DNA from: Andalucia godoyi And28
Lineage: Eukaryota; Protista; Jakobida
DNA: 64,000 bases
Assembly: GCA_009859145.1 (NCBI GenBank)
Contig: VRVR01000029.1
Coordinates: forward strand, 1-64,000
Reading direction: 5' to 3'
In this document: positions 1 through 10,571 of the stretch, piece after piece
Position numbering within the stretch: the stretch's first letter is position 1
How the letters are laid out: each line of letters opens with the position of its first letter
Notes under the pieces: model-generated
Databases searched by the model: none
Seen by the model: only the letters and a program-made list of their open reading frames with translations
Told to the model about the DNA's origin: nothing
Position numbers and translations under genes: made by a program

Positions 1-67
1 ATGATCGACTAGGGCGTTACGGGGACATTTGTTGTTTTTTATTTATTTTTAATTTATTGCTACCCAG

Positions 68-419
68 GATCACGTACTGTCAGGGGCATTTCTTCGTTCT
101 CGAATCCGACTATTATGTTGCCAGTGAGCAGCAAGAGCCAGAGGTGTTGTCAAACGAGCCGATTACCCTTGAGGAGGCTGTGCAGCTGTGCCGAAGAGCT
201 GCTGCGATGTGCAGGTTCAGCGAGATCGAACGAACGCAGCTGACAAGCTTTGTGTTTTCTTTGATAGATCCTACCGTCGAGGACTTATTTGAGAGGAAGA
301 AGCTTCTGAAACGCAGACTGGAAGAGACGGGAATCTTCCACAGCGAGTGCTTTGCCACATCACGAACGACCGACTGGAAGCTCAAGGACAGCCGAGATCT
401 CAGAAAGATGCTTCGCTGA
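68..419 (+). CDS. Possible terminal exon of an unknown gene starting upstream of the window
   Basis: T-rich tract ending in CCCAG at 63-67 (acceptor-like), followed by an open frame to TGA at 417-419. No family recognised. Confidence 0.3.
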
Positions 420-941
420 GGACCGACAACGAAGCGCTTGCACAAAAGCGTAGAAGTAAACACTCCGTAGTAGCTTGTACGTTTATGTTGATAGCAGACA
501 GCAGAAGCGTGGATGCATACAGCAAGCAGCCCCCAAGTGACGCTTGAGATCTTCGACTGCATTCAGACAGTGAAGCGAACGCAGGAGCTGTCAGCCATTT
601 GCGAGGTACCATTTGTGTCTAGCCGCGGTCGTCCGATGATCCGGAGTTCCTGTGCTGGACGAGAGCACACTCACCGCTCACCCATCACCATGAGCACTGC
701 TCCCAAACATGACCCATGGTGCATGTCGCTGCAACAGCGTCTCTGCGAGAAGAAAGGCTTCCCGCCAAAAAGCCACTGTAGTTGAAGAGGAATTCATGAA
801 TTAGCAGAACGGCGGGCGGCATAACGGCTCTCAGACAAAACCTCCCGGTGCATGCGGCATGCCGTTGCATTCGCGTGAACGAGCTCTACATACCCCCGGT
901 CTCAGTCTTGGAATTCGTCGGATTGCAAACTCCTTATTTTA

Positions 942-2816
942 TTATACAGGTTGAATCTGAACCTCAACGAGATCCGTGGGAGGCTGCAAAGTAGCGCTGT
1001 CTTGCAGTGGGGTCTTGGAAGTGTCCGCTGATTTGCGTTCCTTCCGAAGGTGGACGACAGACGGGTTCCGCAGGAGCGTATATGCAATCTTCCATCTCAG
1101 CCTGGCACGGGAAATTGTTTGCCGTTGTTGTACGGTTCCGTAATCCTTGTTGCCAGACAAGGCAGACGACGTTGAAAGCTCTCGAGCACTCCAATGCAAG
1201 GCGAGAAAAATGTCCTCTGCAATCAGTGCAACAGGAGAATTGTAATAGTGATCGAGACTGACCATCGACAAATAGTTGACGAAGCCCTTGTCTCTTCGTT
1301 CATGTTCGACGGGAACGACGGTTTGATCCAGTCGAATGATCGCGGAAATGAAGCGTACCAACAGCCATATTGACCGAATCAGAACATTCACGAGACAGGA
1401 TACAGCACCAAAGCAAACCATGACCATGTCGAACAGCATGTGTCGCCGCAGATGCAGGATTGTTTGTCCACTTTCGTCTGTGATCCACCGCGTGCAGATC
1501 CAAAACAAGAAAATCGACAACAGCCACGTTCCGAGCGAGCCGCCTGCTTTGTTCAGCGCGAACAAAACAAGATAAGAGAACACGCCCTGTACAAACAGGG
1601 CGAGACCCACGGGGATGAACAGCAGCAGCAGCATGACGAACATGATGGTTACACCCAAGAAGAAATGCCCAACCTGAGGCCCCGGGTACCATGACGCAGA
1701 CAAGACATGTGGAGAAGACTTTCCATAAAAGTACCGTCCTTTTCTCAACAGCAACATCCGCTCGCGATACAGCGTAATCATCCGATAGATGATGATCCCA
1801 GCAACAGCAATGGTGAGCGCGGAAGCGCTAAACACCGCAGTGATCAGGGCTCTGCGAAGACTGCTGATTGACAATGAGAAATCGTGATCCAGACTGACAT
1901 CAAGAAGAGACTCCACAGCCTTTAGTGCGTCCAATAAGAACTGGGGTACTTCGTATGTTGCAACGAGAATACACGAGCCAATACAGAGAGCTCCCAAGAC
2001 TACCAGCACAAGGCTGCACGCCAGCATTGTCATAGAAAACCGAACCGACAGACGAACCGATGCGATTGCACCTTTTCCGATCGGTCGCTTACCTGCCAAC
2101 AGAGTACGAACATGGGTACTGTACGCGGACCTCTTCGAGACAAACATACTCGTACCAAGCCCAAGCATGGCCAGCCACGTCGGAAGCACCGACTTAAAAG
2201 CAGTTATGCTAAGTCGGATCGCATATGCAACGACAACTGCAAAAATGATCAAAAAGACCAAAGCCAATACCGTATCTCCTGTGCCTGCCAGCGATCCAGA
2301 GCTGTTACTTCCCGCAATGACCAAATTAAAAATTGCGATTGCCAGTGTCACGAGTGCAAAACACAGAAACACGACACTCGCGACTTTTCCAGATCGCACA
2401 TCGTTGGCATATGCGAAGACGAACAAGATTCCGGCAGAAATCGATGTCACGAAAACGTTCACCGATTCTTGCGTTCTGAAGAACAAACTTCGGAACAAAA
2501 CTTGAAAGACAATCACAACAATGAATCCAGACATGATGCATGCGGGGATGGTGAGTGTTCGGAGACGCTCCACAGTGAGATCAAAAGAGAAAAGTGACCA
2601 CAATGCGATGCGTCGATTGTGTGCAGCACGATACGTCTTGGATTCCGCACAAACTATTCGTAAAGCCTCCTGGCCATGATCTCGTCCATGATCCGGATAT
2701 CGTCCGGGCTCTGGATCGCGCTCTTCTGCACCCACGATCTCTTCAGAAACAACAGTCGGGGACGAAGGGCTGTTGGTCCTCGGTGCGATTTCCACCTGAG
2801 AGCTAGACTCCTCCAT
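942..2816 (-). CDS. STRA6: STRA6-like multipass membrane protein (RBP receptor family)
   Basis: Many TM segments. C-terminal DKGFVNYLSMVSLDHYYNSPV and SRARLRWKIAYTLLRNPSVVHLRK match the recalled STRA6 motifs DPGY.TY and RARWGLAYTLLHNPTL. Start moved to the ATG at 2816 (MEESSSQ). Confidence 0.8.
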   Translation of the reverse strand: MEESSSQVEIAPRTNSPSSPTVVSEEIVGAEERDPEPGRYPDHGRDHGQEALRIVCAESKTYRAAHNRRIALWSLFSFDLTVERLRTLTIPACIMSGFIVVIVFQVLFRSLFFRTQESVNVFVTSISAGILFVFAYANDVRSGKVASVVFLCFALVTLAIAIFNLVIAGSNSSGSLAGTGDTVLALVFLIIFAVVVAYAIRLSITAFKSVLPTWLAMLGLGTSMFVSKRSAYSTHVRTLLAGKRPIGKGAIASVRLSVRFSMTMLACSLVLVVLGALCIGSCILVATYEVPQFLLDALKAVESLLDVSLDHDFSLSISSLRRALITAVFSASALTIAVAGIIIYRMITLYRERMLLLRKGRYFYGKSSPHVLSASWYPGPQVGHFFLGVTIMFVMLLLLFIPVGLALFVQGVFSYLVLFALNKAGGSLGTWLLSIFLFWICTRWITDESGQTILHLRRHMLFDMVMVCFGAVSCLVNVLIRSIWLLVRFISAIIRLDQTVVPVEHERRDKGFVNYLSMVSLDHYYNSPVALIAEDIFLALHWSARELSTSSALSGNKDYGTVQQRQTISRARLRWKIAYTLLRNPSVVHLRKERKSADTSKTPLQDSATLQPPTDLVEVQIQPV

Positions 2817-3292
2817 GTGTGAAACCCGGCTTCCTGTTATCTCCCCCTGCCTTTTCTTCTGAAAAAACGTCCAACTTTTTGAAAGTTTCCAAAACAGCCA
2901 AACAGACATCCAGTCACACGAAGCTACAAAAAAGGCGCAGACGAACAGAAAAACGTTTGAAAATGGAAATGTTTTCCCGATCGCGGACTGTAGATGGCAT
3001 CGGGGCAGCGGACCGCAGGGTGCATCGAAGAACAGGCCAGAAACTCCGAAGTCTGAACCGTCCAAGCTTTCCGCTTCTCTGCAGGAATGCTCCTGTTTGT
3101 GTATTTGCCCCGTCGCAGCGGACGCTTCCGAGGAATTTCGTTTATCACCTTTTTAGTATTTCCCTTTCCTTTCCTTTCTTTTCCATTCTTTGAGTTTTTC
3201 TTCCTTCGTCTTCTTTTCCTCTCCGTCGGAGCTCTGTTTTGCTTTTGCCTCCTCCTCCCCCTCCTCCTCCTCCCCGTCTCTGGTGCAAGACA

Positions 3293-4747
3293 ATGTCCGA
3301 AGTCGAAAAGATCGTCAACGATTTTGAATCCGCCGCTATTTCCGGCTGGATTAACAAGGGCTGTTTCTTTGCTTTGAGAGTGCTGTATTCTTCCAAGCAA
3401 GACGGCGTGTCTGCACGTGCTTTTCACTCTCTTAGCGACTCCAAGGGTCCTACAGTAACTGTTGTGAAGTTCAAGAATGGAGCAAAAGTCGGTGGCTATG
3501 TGTCGCAGCAATGGATGGCTCGACAGGCTCTCGTTTCCGACGCCAACGCCTTCCTGTTTATGCTCACGAACGATGCTGGAAAGCCGAAGCCGACCATGTT
3601 CAAGTGCACGAATGCGGCGAATGCGATCCACGACATGACAAACGGCGGTCCGACATTCGGAAACGGCCCGGATTTGGCATTGTTTTCCGAGGAAGCATTA
3701 AATGTGAGTTCCAAGCAGAGCGCGTTTGCCATTTCGACCGAGTTTGTGAATCTTGTGAACAGTCAGAAAACCAATGTAGAAGAGGTTCAGGTTTACGAAG
3801 CAACGTCGGTGTTCGATTTCACGGAAACGAGCAAACTGGCGTCCGATGCATCCGATGCATCTGCGGCCCCTATTGTGTTTTCCGAAGAAGAGCGCACGGC
3901 ACGCCGCGAGAGGCTGCAGAATTTCAAGTTTCAGTATGCCGACAAACTTGGGTTTTCATGGGCAAACATTGTTCTTGCAGGCCATGTTGGGGCTGGAAAG
4001 TCGTCGCTGTTCAATACGTGGCAGGCTTGCGACGCCGCGAAATTGTACCTGTCTGCCACTGCAGGAACCGGTACGAACTCGGTGACAAAGCTCCTTCAAA
4101 AGCGCTTCACTTCGCTGGATCTCCAGCGGTTTCCTGTTTCTCTCTGGGATACGATGGGATGGGGCGATAACCTTTCACAGTTTATTGACAAGTTTTCGCT
4201 CATTCTGGAAGGCAACATCGCCCGCAACACCGATCTTGCGGCACCGTTTACAACTCGCAGCTCTTCGTTCATCTCCAGCCCGTCATTTACCGATCGCGCA
4301 CATGTTGTGCTGCTTGTTGCATCCGCTGTCGATGCAACCGACGCGCACTACCTGGAGTTGCTCCGAGAGGCGAAGGAAGTTGCCATGCGTGGCCGTGAAA
4401 TCGCTGTCCGAGTGCTGTTGGTGCTAACTCATGTTGATGAGTTCGATCCTTCCTTGCGCGGTGACGGTCTTTCGCAGATTTACAACTCACAGAAGCTCAA
4501 GAAGCTTACGGAGAGTGTCTCGCGGGGCACCGGCATCTCGGAGAGTAGGATTTTCCCGGTTCGCTGCTATTCTAGGGAAACCGAACCCAATTTGCATATC
4601 GACATTGTTGCAATGAAAGCTCTGGAATCCATTCTTGTCCAAATCCAAGGCATGCTGCTGGATTTGTATGACGATTTCTTGCACAACCAGCCGCAAAAGA
4701 CAAATGATGTCGCAAAAAAGACCCAGGATCCCGCAGACGTTTCGTAA
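3293..4747 (+). CDS. IFI44: IFI44/IFI44L-like protein: N-terminal TLDc domain plus P-loop GTPase-like domain
   Basis: TLDc: LYSSKQDGVSARAFHSLSDSKGPTVTVV...GGY. P-loop: NIVLAGHVGAGKSSLFN, DTMG, LTHVD, IFPVRCYSRE..NLHIDIVAMKAL. Start at ATG 3293. Confidence 0.8.
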   Translation: MSEVEKIVNDFESAAISGWINKGCFFALRVLYSSKQDGVSARAFHSLSDSKGPTVTVVKFKNGAKVGGYVSQQWMARQALVSDANAFLFMLTNDAGKPKPTMFKCTNAANAIHDMTNGGPTFGNGPDLALFSEEALNVSSKQSAFAISTEFVNLVNSQKTNVEEVQVYEATSVFDFTETSKLASDASDASAAPIVFSEEERTARRERLQNFKFQYADKLGFSWANIVLAGHVGAGKSSLFNTWQACDAAKLYLSATAGTGTNSVTKLLQKRFTSLDLQRFPVSLWDTMGWGDNLSQFIDKFSLILEGNIARNTDLAAPFTTRSSSFISSPSFTDRAHVVLLVASAVDATDAHYLELLREAKEVAMRGREIAVRVLLVLTHVDEFDPSLRGDGLSQIYNSQKLKKLTESVSRGTGISESRIFPVRCYSRETEPNLHIDIVAMKALESILVQIQGMLLDLYDDFLHNQPQKTNDVAKKTQDPADVS

Positions 4748-5048
4748 GTCACATCTCTTGTTGTTTTGCTGTTCCTTGTCTTTGCAAACTTTATGCTCAA
4801 GATGTGCTTGATAAAAGAATCCAATTAATTGATTTTTTGAGATTTTTTGATTTTTTTTTTTTGGGTGACCGTACCGGTTGACTGGGTTGTTGTGGTGCTG
4901 CTGCGACATGCCTCGACTTTGCACATGAGTGTGAATCGTCGTCCTTTCGTCCAAAACGCGCTGTTGGGTTCTCCTTTGCATTCGCATTCACGATCACGAT
5001 CAAGTTTGAGGGAGATTTTTCAAAGTCTGCGGGAGGAATGGACCGATC

Positions 5049-6539
5049 ATGTCGGATGCGCTCGTGAAATCTGTGTTGGAAGATCTTGCACATATTTGGA
5101 GCCTGCTTTCATCACTGCTAGGGCCGTATGCTCGGTCACGGACTCTTGTCTTGTCAGACGGAACGTTGGCAGTCACAAAGTTTGTGCCCGCTGTCGTTTC
5201 AAAACTGCAAGGAGTCTCTCCTCTTGCGTCGTTGGTGCTCAAATCTGCCGAGGAATTTGGAAAGGCGTATGGCGGAAGAGATTCCATTCTCCAATTTATA
5301 CACTTCGTCATCGGGTTTCTGCGGGCGGGCCCAATGCGGACGACTGCGATGTTCAGCGATTTGGTCCGCACGGCACACAGGACGGTGCAACGGATTCCTT
5401 TGACGAATGCTCTCATTCAAGGTGTTGTGCGCTCTTCCATCCAGGGGTGCTACAGTGTGGGCGTGGAAGACCATTTCGTCAGACTTGTTCTTGCTCTTGG
5501 CGATGTCGACGGCGGGTTTCGACCCTCTCGGTTCCGCGAGTGTGTACCCATCCAAATCACCCTGATTCCTAATCGGCCGTTTCACGCTTCTGCAGTCTCG
5601 TACAACTCGATTTCTTTTGTTGTCGGAGACAAACATCTGGTTCCCGAGTCCCTCCGGGCCAACTCGACGGTGTACGTTCTGCGGGAGAATGTGGATTTTC
5701 TGTCGGAGCAGCAATTGGTTTTTGTGGACACCGGCGTCGCAGGGTCCCAGAAGGTCATCGATGCGGAGATTGAGCGTATAAGAAGCAGGATTCAGGAGAA
5801 GAGCTGTGGCCTATTGCTCGTCGTGGGTCCCCTTTCACATCGGCTGAAATCGGTATGTGCGCAGTTGCAGATGTCTGTCGTGTCCGCTGCAGACGATGCA
5901 ATCTTCAACTCCCTTCCAGACGGAATGTTGCTTCCATTTCTAGATATTTCCTTGATACCATCTTCTGAGCTGATCGGGGAGCAAATGATCATCACGTTGC
6001 AGCCCTCGGACTACTTGGAAACCACTCCGAATGTGATCATTTGCTCACCCCATGCCCACCTGTGTGCTGAATACTCCAATGCACTGCAGTCCGTTTGCAT
6101 GACTGTATTGCGGACTCTGGAATCGGAGTTGGAAACAGAATTGGACGAGAATGTCGAGGTGTTGCCTGGATGTGGACAAGCCGATTTTCTCATGTCTGCC
6201 ATGGACGATTCTGTTCGCGAATTCTTGTTCCCATTGTGTGCTCAGTATTGTATTAATGCGGGATATTCGCCGACCACTGTGCTGCGACTTGATGTACACC
6301 ACTCCTTTCCGTTTATTGATGTTTTTCGTTATAATGACAGGGAAACGGCTGGGTCGTTGCAACTCTTTGACAGCTTCAGCGTCCGACTCTCCGCAATGGA
6401 AGCCGCCTTTCAGCTTGCCGAGCAAATCCGAAGAATCGGTTCTGTCGTCGGCGTCAAACCGGGTCTCCGGGTGCGTGACTTCGTACCCGACCACCACCAC
6501 GACGACGACGACGACGACGACGACGAAGTGGACGATTGA
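5049..6539 (+). CDS. Divergent chaperonin-like protein, BBS10/BBS12/MKKS type
   Basis: SLLGPYARSRTL near the N-terminus, VLPGCGQADF, and C-terminal DSFSVRLSAMEAAFQLAEQIRRIGSVV follow the cpn60/TCP-1 equatorial pattern. The GDGTT motif is absent. Acidic tail. Confidence 0.65.
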   Translation: MSDALVKSVLEDLAHIWSLLSSLLGPYARSRTLVLSDGTLAVTKFVPAVVSKLQGVSPLASLVLKSAEEFGKAYGGRDSILQFIHFVIGFLRAGPMRTTAMFSDLVRTAHRTVQRIPLTNALIQGVVRSSIQGCYSVGVEDHFVRLVLALGDVDGGFRPSRFRECVPIQITLIPNRPFHASAVSYNSISFVVGDKHLVPESLRANSTVYVLRENVDFLSEQQLVFVDTGVAGSQKVIDAEIERIRSRIQEKSCGLLLVVGPLSHRLKSVCAQLQMSVVSAADDAIFNSLPDGMLLPFLDISLIPSSELIGEQMIITLQPSDYLETTPNVIICSPHAHLCAEYSNALQSVCMTVLRTLESELETELDENVEVLPGCGQADFLMSAMDDSVREFLFPLCAQYCINAGYSPTTVLRLDVHHSFPFIDVFRYNDRETAGSLQLFDSFSVRLSAMEAAFQLAEQIRRIGSVVGVKPGLRVRDFVPDHHHDDDDDDDDEVDD

Positions 6540-6703
6540 CGCTTGTTGTAGTGGTGCCCAGTTGAGGACAATTTGAGTAAAGCCCCGCTGCACTTGCAAC
6601 CTCAAAGCCAGTCTCGAAGCAGAAAAATGCGGAAAAGCCCATCTTCGTGGTGGGGTGAGGTGTGATGCGTTCGAACAGCTCGACTGTGTGAAAATCCAGA
6701 GTG

Positions 6704-8350
6704 ATGAGCGACACGAGCATCCGCATCTGGGAATCGAGATTGCATCGCTATGTTGCAGATCCGTCAATCGGTGCTGCCGATTTGCATGCGGATGTGCTCG
6801 AACTGATGCGTGACGTACAGCCGCGCGATCTGGAGAACATGTCTTTGGATCTGCTATCGCTGTGCTTTATGATTATGCCGCTGAATTCGGAATACGTATC
6901 TCCGTGTTTATTAGTGGTGCGTCATCTGTGTTCTTCTTGCTCTCCACGCGATTTGGGCCTCGAAATCCTGTATCGTTTAACCACCGAGAAGTTCAGCGAG
7001 ACAGTCTGTGTGTGCATAATTGAATGTGCATGGACGATCCTCGGCAGAATGGAGTCCGTAGATTCCGTTTTAGAAGACTTTCTTGTTGCGTTCCTGGACC
7101 TCTGTTCTGCGGAATCGCCCTCTGCTCTGCACTCTGCAGACCAGCCACACCACCATGAAAACCTGCATGGCGACGAGAACCACGACGGAGATGCAACGCT
7201 GGCCCCTGCACCTGTCGAGCTAGAAACGTTTCCAGAACACGTCCGATTTGGATGTCGGTATGTTCACCCCGTCCTCCAGCACTTTTCAGAAGCGTTTCTC
7301 AGTCGCCATCCATGTCAATCGGATCGTCTGGTGCGGTTCGTCCTTGTTGCTGTGTGTTCGCTGCACGACCATGTTGTGCCTCCTGCCAGTACAATGCAGC
7401 TGGCTGCTTCGCTTGTAGAAACTCTGTCCGGCAATATACCGTTTTCAGATTTGGTGAGGAATCGACGGTACTTCAGCGAGCTGCAAGAGGATCATGAAGC
7501 TGCAGCGGGCATGGCGGTGCTGCTGTTTTCTGCGTTTTGCGAAGGCGACGTTTCCGTCCCTCGCGTGGTGAAGCCTGGGTTCTGGTTTGCATCGACTGTT
7601 CCATTTTTGCTCGGGGCACTGCAGCTGCAGGGGGTTGCGACGTTTGGCACTGGGCCGGGAGTTCATTCGCTCGCTGCTGTGCATGTCCTCGACGTTATGC
7701 ACTTCACCTTGTTTGGCGCGCCTCGGTACTGCACTTCCTTGTTGACAGAGTTTGAAGTGCAAGTATTTCTCGATTTGTTCCGCATGGTTTCTACGTTCAT
7801 GGTGCAATGCCCCGTGCAATCTCAGCGGACGAACTCTTGGAATCTCTTGCAGCGGGCTTTTTTTGCGATTTCCGAGTACTCTCTTCGGTGGAAAATTGTT
7901 CGAGATGTCGTATCCAACTCTCCATTTTCCGCTGTGCAGTGCCTTTTCTTGCGCCTGCTGAAGGACAATCTGCTGTCCGTCTCCAACAAGCGTTCTATTG
8001 CTCTGTCGGAGATTCAGGAAATTGAAGATCTGATGGTGTATCGACTGGCCGAATCATGCAAGCTTGCTGTCGACAACTCCGAGGTCCTAAACGGCGTTCT
8101 CAATGTATTCATGTTTATGGTGGGACAGAAGATGCTGAACGAGTCCTCGGTGCACAGAATGCGGCCATGCATCAGTCTCGCCCATCAAGCCGTTACAAAT
8201 GCTGTTCAAAACTTGCAGTTTGATAATCCGCGGTTGGCAATGGAACTTGAAATCCTCACGATTGCCTTTGATAGAATAGCAGAAATGCTCGATGCCGGTC
8301 GCTCGGCTTCGAATCCTTCACAGCATGCACACAACTGCTCTCGTTGCTGA
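6704..8350 (+). CDS. GLMN: Glomulin/ALF4/YBP1-like protein
   Basis: FMVQCPVQSQRTNSWNLLQ...KIVRDVVSNSPFSAVQCLFLRLLKDNL resembles the glomulin C-terminal region. Helical repeat composition. Confidence 0.65.
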   Translation: MSDTSIRIWESRLHRYVADPSIGAADLHADVLELMRDVQPRDLENMSLDLLSLCFMIMPLNSEYVSPCLLVVRHLCSSCSPRDLGLEILYRLTTEKFSETVCVCIIECAWTILGRMESVDSVLEDFLVAFLDLCSAESPSALHSADQPHHHENLHGDENHDGDATLAPAPVELETFPEHVRFGCRYVHPVLQHFSEAFLSRHPCQSDRLVRFVLVAVCSLHDHVVPPASTMQLAASLVETLSGNIPFSDLVRNRRYFSELQEDHEAAAGMAVLLFSAFCEGDVSVPRVVKPGFWFASTVPFLLGALQLQGVATFGTGPGVHSLAAVHVLDVMHFTLFGAPRYCTSLLTEFEVQVFLDLFRMVSTFMVQCPVQSQRTNSWNLLQRAFFAISEYSLRWKIVRDVVSNSPFSAVQCLFLRLLKDNLLSVSNKRSIALSEIQEIEDLMVYRLAESCKLAVDNSEVLNGVLNVFMFMVGQKMLNESSVHRMRPCISLAHQAVTNAVQNLQFDNPRLAMELEILTIAFDRIAEMLDAGRSASNPSQHAHNCSRC

Positions 8351-8580
8351 GCACGGGCGTCGACACTTCATGCCGATTTTGAAACCCCGCTTCTCCGAGA
8401 GCATCGTCACGGCGAATTTTTGGTCTTTGACCTCTATTCTCACTCAGCGTGCGCGGAGGAAAACGACTCACTTAGGCAGTCGTAGTAACTGGTCGAGGAC
8501 TATTTTAACTTTCTTTTTTCCCAAATCCAAATTGGGCGGAGGAAAGCAGCAACCACATGCAAAAACGGCGTCTATTTTTT

Positions 8581-8635
8581 GATTTTCTTTGATTTTCTTT
8601 GATTTTCTTTGATTTTCTTGATTTTCTTGATTTTC
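8581..8635. repeat. GATTTTCTT(T) minisatellite, about 5.5 units
   Basis: Directly visible tandem repeat. Confidence 0.9.
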
Positions 8636-8733
8636 GTTACTTCTTTTGGCGTTCCTTTTTCCCCCCTTCCTTTTTGCAAGCTTTGGTGTATTTTCTTAGC
8701 GTGCTTGTTACCAAACATAAACAGTGATTGTCA

Positions 8734-9483
8734 ATGCAGATCGCCTTCTTTGTTTGTTGTGTGGTTCTGATTGGGTCGAGTTGTCTGCTTGCGAGTGCGC
8801 AGCCCCCTCCTCGGTTCACAGTGGACGCGAATCAGCAGCCATTCATATATGACTACGGATACCGTCGCTTGGAAGACGACGGAACCGGTCGCATATATGT
8901 AGAAATGCATGGCGACATGACATGCAAGGTATGTCGGGGCGATTGGAACAACTTGATCGCACCGTTGCTGCAGAAGTACAGCCCGTTTAACGTCAGTTTT
9001 ACATTTATTAATTTCCCGCTCTCGTTTCACCGAGCGTCCTTCCAAGTTTCCAAGGCTGGTGTTGTGGCAGAGTCCATGGCTCCTGGAACGGGAATGTATT
9101 GGAAATTCGTCAATCTGATGTTTGCAAACCAAGATGCGTTTCAAAATGGCCCGTTGTTTACAAAGTCGGATTCGGACATCATTGATATGATCACTGCTTT
9201 GGTTGATACCCAACTAGGACTGGAGAAGGCCGAGTTTTATCGAAGAATGCTGCTGCCCTTCCTTGGTCCAGACGTAACGCCGGACGCTGACGAATACGAC
9301 ATGATTGCACGTGCGCAGTGGAAGCTGAGCACTGGGAAGGGAGTGGTGGGTACTCCCATCTATTATGTCAACGGTGTGCGATTGCTCTGCGACGGATGGG
9401 GTGTGAAGGAATGGTCAGATATGTTTGAATTCATCTTGAAAACAAAGTACGAGCCCAAACATTCGTCCATTTCCAGATACTGA
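8734..9483 (+). CDS. Secreted DsbA/thioredoxin-fold oxidoreductase
   Basis: Hydrophobic signal peptide. DMTCKVC CxxC motif, FINFPLSFH, and GVVGTPIYYVNG cis-Pro motif. Confidence 0.75.
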   Translation: MQIAFFVCCVVLIGSSCLLASAQPPPRFTVDANQQPFIYDYGYRRLEDDGTGRIYVEMHGDMTCKVCRGDWNNLIAPLLQKYSPFNVSFTFINFPLSFHRASFQVSKAGVVAESMAPGTGMYWKFVNLMFANQDAFQNGPLFTKSDSDIIDMITALVDTQLGLEKAEFYRRMLLPFLGPDVTPDADEYDMIARAQWKLSTGKGVVGTPIYYVNGVRLLCDGWGVKEWSDMFEFILKTKYEPKHSSISRY

Positions 9484-10571
9484 CGAGACTGCAAGAAACC
9501 ATGATCGCAGCGTGTCATCTCAGTATTCCCCCTGTACATCGACTCGTAACATCATACACCTTCTCTTTCCTCCCTGGAACATTCTTTGTAAACTGAAACG
9601 CGGCTGCCCAGTCCTTTTTCTTTCGTTTCGCGGACGTTCTCAGAATTTCGTCCGGTTGTAATTTCTAATTCGAAAAAAAATTAAAAAATTGAGTCTCTCG
9701 TTGAGTCATCCGAGTCCAAACCAAATGCAGGCTTGCTTACTGGTGTCTATTTCCCCGTTTCCAGAAACAAACGCGAATCTTTCTTTTCCTTTCCGCACCG
9801 TTGAAAATAGGGCACGTATTATTGCATACTTTATTCTTGCAGTTCCTATCGCCATGATCTACGACACCAATTCTCTGCTATTCTTGCGATATATTCGAGC
9901 GAAGGGGGATCCCATTATCCACAGAAGACTTGATTCCGGCAAGAACAGAAAGAGGTCTCGCGACCAGTCGGAAGTCTACGCGCACGCAATGGACATCGAC
10001 GACGAAGAAGATCGCATCATGAGCTAATCGGACCCGAGGATCCCCCTCTTCATGATGTTCTGAGCACTGCTCAGTTTCTTTCAAATCCTTTGCTGTATAT
10101 TTTCCTTCATAATGATTGTTGCTCTCCTCCCTCTGTTATGTTGTCGTGTTGTGTTTTGTATGCATCAGTTATCATAAATCCACGTGTTTCTATCGTAAAT
10201 CCTTGCTCAGGGTTTTGCCGCCCCCCCCCCCCCCCCGAGATGTATGTCGAGCAGAAACACTCGGCAAAAAAGAGAGGAGGAAAACAAAAATAACAAAAAT
10301 CCGTAAAAACAAAGAAGAATGGGTGTGAAAAAATGTGTGCATGCGAACAAGCAAACTGGCAGGTTTATCAATTGTGGAAACAGCCATCATTTGTCCATTT
10401 CAGCGTGAATATTGCAGCGTGATTTCTCGCAAACGCCATTGGAAACATGGGCTACATGTGAGATTTTCGAAACTGCCTCAGACTTGAAATTAACACAATA
10501 TATAAAATATATAAAAACAGATTTTCCGCGGGCGGAATCGCGCTTTTCAGACATACGAGGGTCGTGCAGTA

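Noticed and set aside
9689-10027. 112-aa ORF, possibly a small spliced gene
   Set aside because: No recognisable domain or clear start; cannot be supported without transcripts.
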